Of a stretch of 64,000 nt of DNA, positions 54,604 to 64,000 are shown piece by piece (the stretch's first letter is position 1; the number at the start of each line of letters is the position of its first letter). Below the pieces are notes generated by a model. It was not told the origin of the DNA. It did not search any database and saw nothing but the letters and a program-made list of their open reading frames with translations. The stretch is from Oikopleura dioica (lineage: Eukaryota; Animalia; Chordata): the NCBI GenBank assembly GCA_907165135.1, contig OU015569.1, positions 3,658,001 to 3,722,000 on the forward strand, written 5' to 3'. The position numbers and the translations under genes are program-made.

Positions 54604-55262
54604 CAGGGTGGAACATTCGGCCGGGCAAACTCGGGCAAATTGGTCGGCGCCGGGCAACGGCGGGCAAACGGCCGGCGCGATGGTCATATTTTGGGTTAAA
54701 AAACGGGCAACTTCGGGCAGTCGGGCAAAGTCGGCGCCCGAAAAAGACACCATCGGCCGGGCAAAAACGGCGCCCTGAAAAAGTCGGCGGGCGGGCAAAA
54801 AAGTCGGCCGGCTAACCAGGGAAGCACTAATACTAACTTTTTCAATCCACTACTCTCGATTATTGTTAATTATTATTAAGGGCTTTTCCTTTTTAGGGTC
54901 GACATGTTTGTCATACGGTGAAATTATCCTCCTTTTTATAAAAGAATGACTTTCTACTGCCTAACCGGGTTCATATCACGAAATTTTTATATTCACTTCT
55001 TTCTTAGTCGAGTAAATCGGCGTCCTAATTTTGTCCATAAAATATCGGCGCCGAGATTATTGCTGGCGGCCGGGCAGAAATCGGCGCCGGAGTAAAGTCG
55101 GGCAAAAATCGGCGCCGGACAAAAATCGGGCAGAAATCTGCGCCGGGCAAAGTCGGGCGTCCGAAATTTCGCCGGTTTTTCCCGGCGCCGATGAAAATTT
55201 CCGGGCATCGGCGGGCAATCGGCCGGCCAGACCCAAAATTTTTGCCCGAATGTTCCACCCTG
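54604..55262. mobile_element. hAT-type MITE (659 bp)
   Basis: Perfect 17-bp TIRs CAGGGTGGAACATTCGG and perfect 8-bp TSD ATATTGTT (54596-54603 and 55263-55270). GC-rich subterminal CGGGCAAA/CGGCGCC arrays surround an AT-rich core. Confidence 0.93.
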
Positions 55263-55683
55263 ATATTGTTTAAATTATGAAGATAAATGAGGTAACAGGA
55301 GCAGTTAAGTTCAATTCATCACAATGAAGCCTTTTGGACAGGCACACATTTATAAGTGCGCTAAACTAGATTTTAAAAATAATGTGGATCCGAAATACAA
55401 GTCCTTTCAGAGTATATTATTCCTTTGTCCGTTATAAATTTCTACTTGTTATCAAAATCCTATTTCACCACATACCATAAATTAACAAACAATATTTCGA
55501 GAGCTTTCTTAACTACAAGAAAGTCTAAAAACTATTAGGAGCTCCTCTTTTATTCAACAATGCGTTTTATCTTTTAAGTGTGTCCCGCACACCAATATAT
55601 CAATTCTACACGCCATCAATTCGTTCGCTCTAGAGAAGGTTTGCAAAAAAGTAAAGAGAAATTAATCTTTTCAGTCAGGATAT

Positions 55684-57734
55684 CTATTTCTTCTTGGAAT
55701 ATGCCAGTTTACGTTTGGTGCGATTCGAGTCTCCGCTGGCAGCTGGTTGCGACGGCAGTTTTCGGGCTTTATGGCGATTGAGATTTATCGGGGCTGGGCC
55801 GATTATCAGCTCTTTAACAGTTCCAACCTAGAACATTGGAGACGAAAGAATAAAATGGGAACATTTACCGCTTTGGTTCGACCTTCTCTGAAAACGAATC
55901 TTCTTTCAGGAACCAGCCACTCTGGGTTTTTAACGAAGCGGAAGTGCACCATTGCTTTGTCGCCTGTTCTAAGCGCTTCAGTCGACATTGAAGTAATTTG
56001 GGCAGTTTGACGTACAGCTCCAACGTGAACCATCGCCTAGAAAATCCTTGAGTTGACTAAATTAAGATGAGCAAACGTACTTGGTAATTGGTCATTATTG
56101 TCGTGGGATGATGCAAGATAACGACTTCCCCTTTAAACTCCCAAACTGCTTTTGGCGATTGCTCGTCAAGCCCCAAGAGAACAGTTCCCTTTCGCAGATC
56201 CTTGCGTTTTACTTTCTTGAGCGCAAAGGCTGCTGCCTGGCCGGCGCAAACTTCTGTTACTGGCAGCCGTTTTCGATGGATAGACTAAAATTCCATTCGC
56301 TCAAATTGAATAATCTCCGATTACCTTTATAACAACATGTTCGAATTTGCCATTCGAGTCCGGTCCCATCTGAAGCGTTTGTCCAGCTGTGACGATTCCA
56401 GAAAGTAGAGTGCCTGACGCAACGGTTCCTACTCCAGGCACAGAGAAGACGTCATCGACGGAGAATTCTGCCTTGTCAGTTTTCTAAAAGGATGATTAAG
56501 AACATATTTTTATCCAAATAATACCTTTCCAGTTGGTATGCGCGGTTGGAGCAAATTAAAAAATACTTTGAGATTGTCAAGTCCGTCGCCAGTTACGGAG
56601 CTGACTTTAAAGATAGGCGCGACTCTTTCAGAGCAAAAGTTTTGAGCAGCAATAACTGAAATATTTCTACAGATGGCTTTTCGCTGAGAGGCGCTTACCA
56701 GCATGTTTGTGCTCTTGCACAAGGAGGGGAATCTTCTTCACGCCACTAGACTTAAGAAGCTTGGCGAGGACAGACAATGTTTCCTTCAAAACATTAGGAG
56801 GACACATGTCGATCTTCGTGACAACGCACATGACTGGCAAGTTGAGCGCCAAGGCAAGACCTTCAGATTTTTTAGACAATATAGAGCTCGCCAGCCTTAC
56901 CGAGATGCTCTTTAGCCATTCCAATGAAACCGGCATTTGAGCCGACCACGATCAAACAGAAATCGGGCAAATGTCCTGTCAAGCCGAAGACAGTTGTTTT
57001 CAGATACTTCTCATGGCCGGCCAAATCTACAAAGGTCAGTACTTTTGAGCTCTTACTGCAAATGTCTGTCCAGTCGAGAGTTGATCCATGCGAGGGAGTA
57101 TTCACTACTTTTCCATCGGAATCGAACCCCAGAATCTCGTTACCGACTACAACGAGTTTAAATGGAAACCAAAGACAAACGTGAGTTACCGGAGGAAGTT
57201 CTTCCCGATTCTATTTCGTGCTTATGGCGAAATAATTTCTGCCGCGCGGCACCTCTTCCGTTGTCCAGACAATTGTGAGTTAGTACACCAAGTAAGGTCG
57301 ATTTTCCAGCGTCGACATTTCCAACAACTGCAACACGCACTTCACAAAAATCGGATTCATCCTCCAGTCTTTTTCGAAGAAGAAAATCGCGCACCTCGCG
57401 TCCGTTCTGGAGTGTTTTCGTTCTTAGGAGGGAAAGCTTGCAGTTAATTTCTTCCGAGATTTTGGTGAGATTTGTCTCTGCTTTGTCAGCTTCGTCTTTG
57501 GGAAGACCTTCTGCATCATCATCCTCAGTTCCAATTCCGATAGAAACAAGCGTTTCGCCTCGTCCGTACAATTCTATAGGTGAAGATAGTAGCTGAAGCG
57601 GATTTTTATAATTTACCAGATTTCAATTTGTAAATGTAGCCATTGAGGACCTCTTCCGTCGGGTCTACCAACAGGCGTTTGTCCGTCAAGTCCTGGAACT
57701 GTTCGAAGTTTGAAGAAATCGGCTCGCTACTCAT
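55684..57734 (-). CDS. GTPBP1: GTP-binding protein 1 (translational GTPase)
   Basis: [74 protein letters not shown] and [11 protein letters not shown]. Confidence 0.93.
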
Positions 57735-58413
57735 ATTGCAATTTTCATCACGCTCCCAGTCTGAATTATTCCGAGCGTTATGATTAGCTAAACCCGCTGC
57801 GACGATGGGAATAAAAAAAAAAGCGCTATTTGGACAGAACGAGCACCGCTCATGGTTTATTTGCAAAAGACTACTGTAAGAAAATTCTTCTTCTCTCGAG
57901 TGCGCTTTTGTGGTTGCTGCGAGGTGCTCTGTAAGAATGAATCCAAGAGGGAACAGTAACATTATCTTTTTATTCTTTTTACACGAGTTAACCAAACGAA
58001 CATTTTTCTTTCTTTTCAAATGTAAAATAAAATAAGTTATATTGACTAAGGCCAAAATAGTCGCTTCGACAAAACGGAAGGAACAATTTTCATCGAGTAG
58101 CAGTGATTGGAAAGCAGCACATGTTCAATGGCAAGTTAATTAGAGTTCTCAGGCCGTTGAGAGTCTATCGACGTACGTAAATTAGGAAAACAAATGTAGA
58201 ATTGCTTTCAAGTCTTTTTACAGAAAGAAGTATTCTAAAATAAAAAAAGAAATATAGAAAATATGAAGTAATTTAGTAACGTAGATTTCCTTGTTAACGT
58301 TAAACGGAAGGTTTTATGAACTTTTTAAATACTCAAATAACTTAGTTGAGGAGAACGAACGGGAGAAGTGTAAATGAGGCGCATCTCCGAGTGGAATGAG
58401 ACAGCTGATTTTG

Positions 58414-63097
<4,684 letters not shown>

Positions 63098-63495
63098 CTT
63101 CTTCGTGGGCGTTGCGGCTAGCTTCTTTTTGCTTTTTCGGAACTTCGGCTTTTTCGCCCGAAGTCGTTTTTCGCTCTTTGTTGATCTTAATTCACCTGTA
63201 AAAACAAGATATTCTAGAGCAAAAGGAGAGCGTTTTCTCTTTTCCAAAAAGACTCACTTGAGGGTTAACTGGGCCGCTTGCTCCGACAGTTGGCAAGTGT
63301 CGGGATCACCGCCACGAACCTGCCCAACTCCGAGTTTGTTTCCAATATTGCCGAATTGTGAGCAACACTCGAATTTCGAACACGACTTCTAAAAAACAAG
63401 AATTCGATAATTGAGATATTGAAGATTTCTAGAATATACAGTATTTATCAAAGATTTAGCTAGACATCCTCGTTAGTTTATAAGCAAGAACCAAA

Positions 63496-64000
63496 ATGGA
63501 TCGGACTCGACGGCTTTCGCGAAGAGAAAACCGACTTTTTGAAATAAAAGAAGAATATGCCAAAAACCAGCCTGTAGCATCTAACAAAAGCCTTCAAAGA
63601 ATCAACTCTGCAGCTTCTGGTATCAGAAAAAATGACTCCTCGAAAGATTATCTACTTCCAATCAAGAACACAGATAGTGCCAGCTCGTCATTTTCGAGGA
63701 CTAGTTCAGGAATCGATTCTTAGAAATCTAAACCGATGAGTTTATGGCCTAAAGTTTAGGTGTATACTTTCTCAATCCGCTAAACAGGTGTTTCATCGAA
63801 GATTTCAAGCAACAGAATGCTGTCTCCGCGAAATAGGTCTGTCAAGGAAATAATGAGAAAACAGAAAAATGTTAACTCGCCGCTGATGGACGACAGAAAT
63901 ATTCGAAAATGTCAAATTTGGCGTTTCCCTATTGAAGATATTGAGCGACTACTTATCAACGGAAAAATAACTTATCGATACAAGTCTACTGGGTACGACA
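63496..64000 (+). CDS. 5' part of an uncharacterised gene divergent from USP7, running off the window
   Basis: The Ser-rich first ORF can join, through a putative GA-AG intron ending at 63787, to a frame that stays open to the window end. Confidence 0.4.

Noticed and set aside
54580-55273. Pro/Arg/Gly-rich ORFs at 54580-55273
   Set aside because: They arise from the GC-rich MITE repeats; no transposase is present.

Overview
Gene-dense eukaryotic DNA with very short (about 30-60 nt) introns, occasional GA-AG/GC-AG introns, tight same-strand gene runs and MITEs. Together with a cellulase and an intron-containing connexin, this points to a larvacean tunicate, probably Oikopleura (inference). 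Recognisable genes, joined by hand from exons: a secreted GH9 endoglucanase, a calmodulin-like EF-hand protein, SPAG17, HADHA, a non-muscle/smooth-type myosin II heavy chain, a divergent Polo-like kinase, a degenerate homeobox gene, a connexin, a minus-strand run AGBL5-SURF1-TMEM70-MFS transporter-SVBP, MRPS12 with a nested antisense gene, GTPBP1 and USP7. Main observations: (1) a 515-bp MITE sits inside a USP7 catalytic-domain exon, a possible intron gain; (2) the myosin gene has two tandem 87-nt relay-helix exons, one non-muscle-like and one closer to striated myosin, plus three phase-compatible first exons and two terminal exons; (3) the cellulase probably carries an N-terminal coiled coil and a CBM2-like domain; (4) the putative operon pairs two respiratory-chain assembly factors and two tubulin-code genes. 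Two 1-nt homopolymer frameshifts (AGBL5, USP7) look like assembly errors. All gene models and homology calls were made by eye from remembered family motifs; no searches were run.
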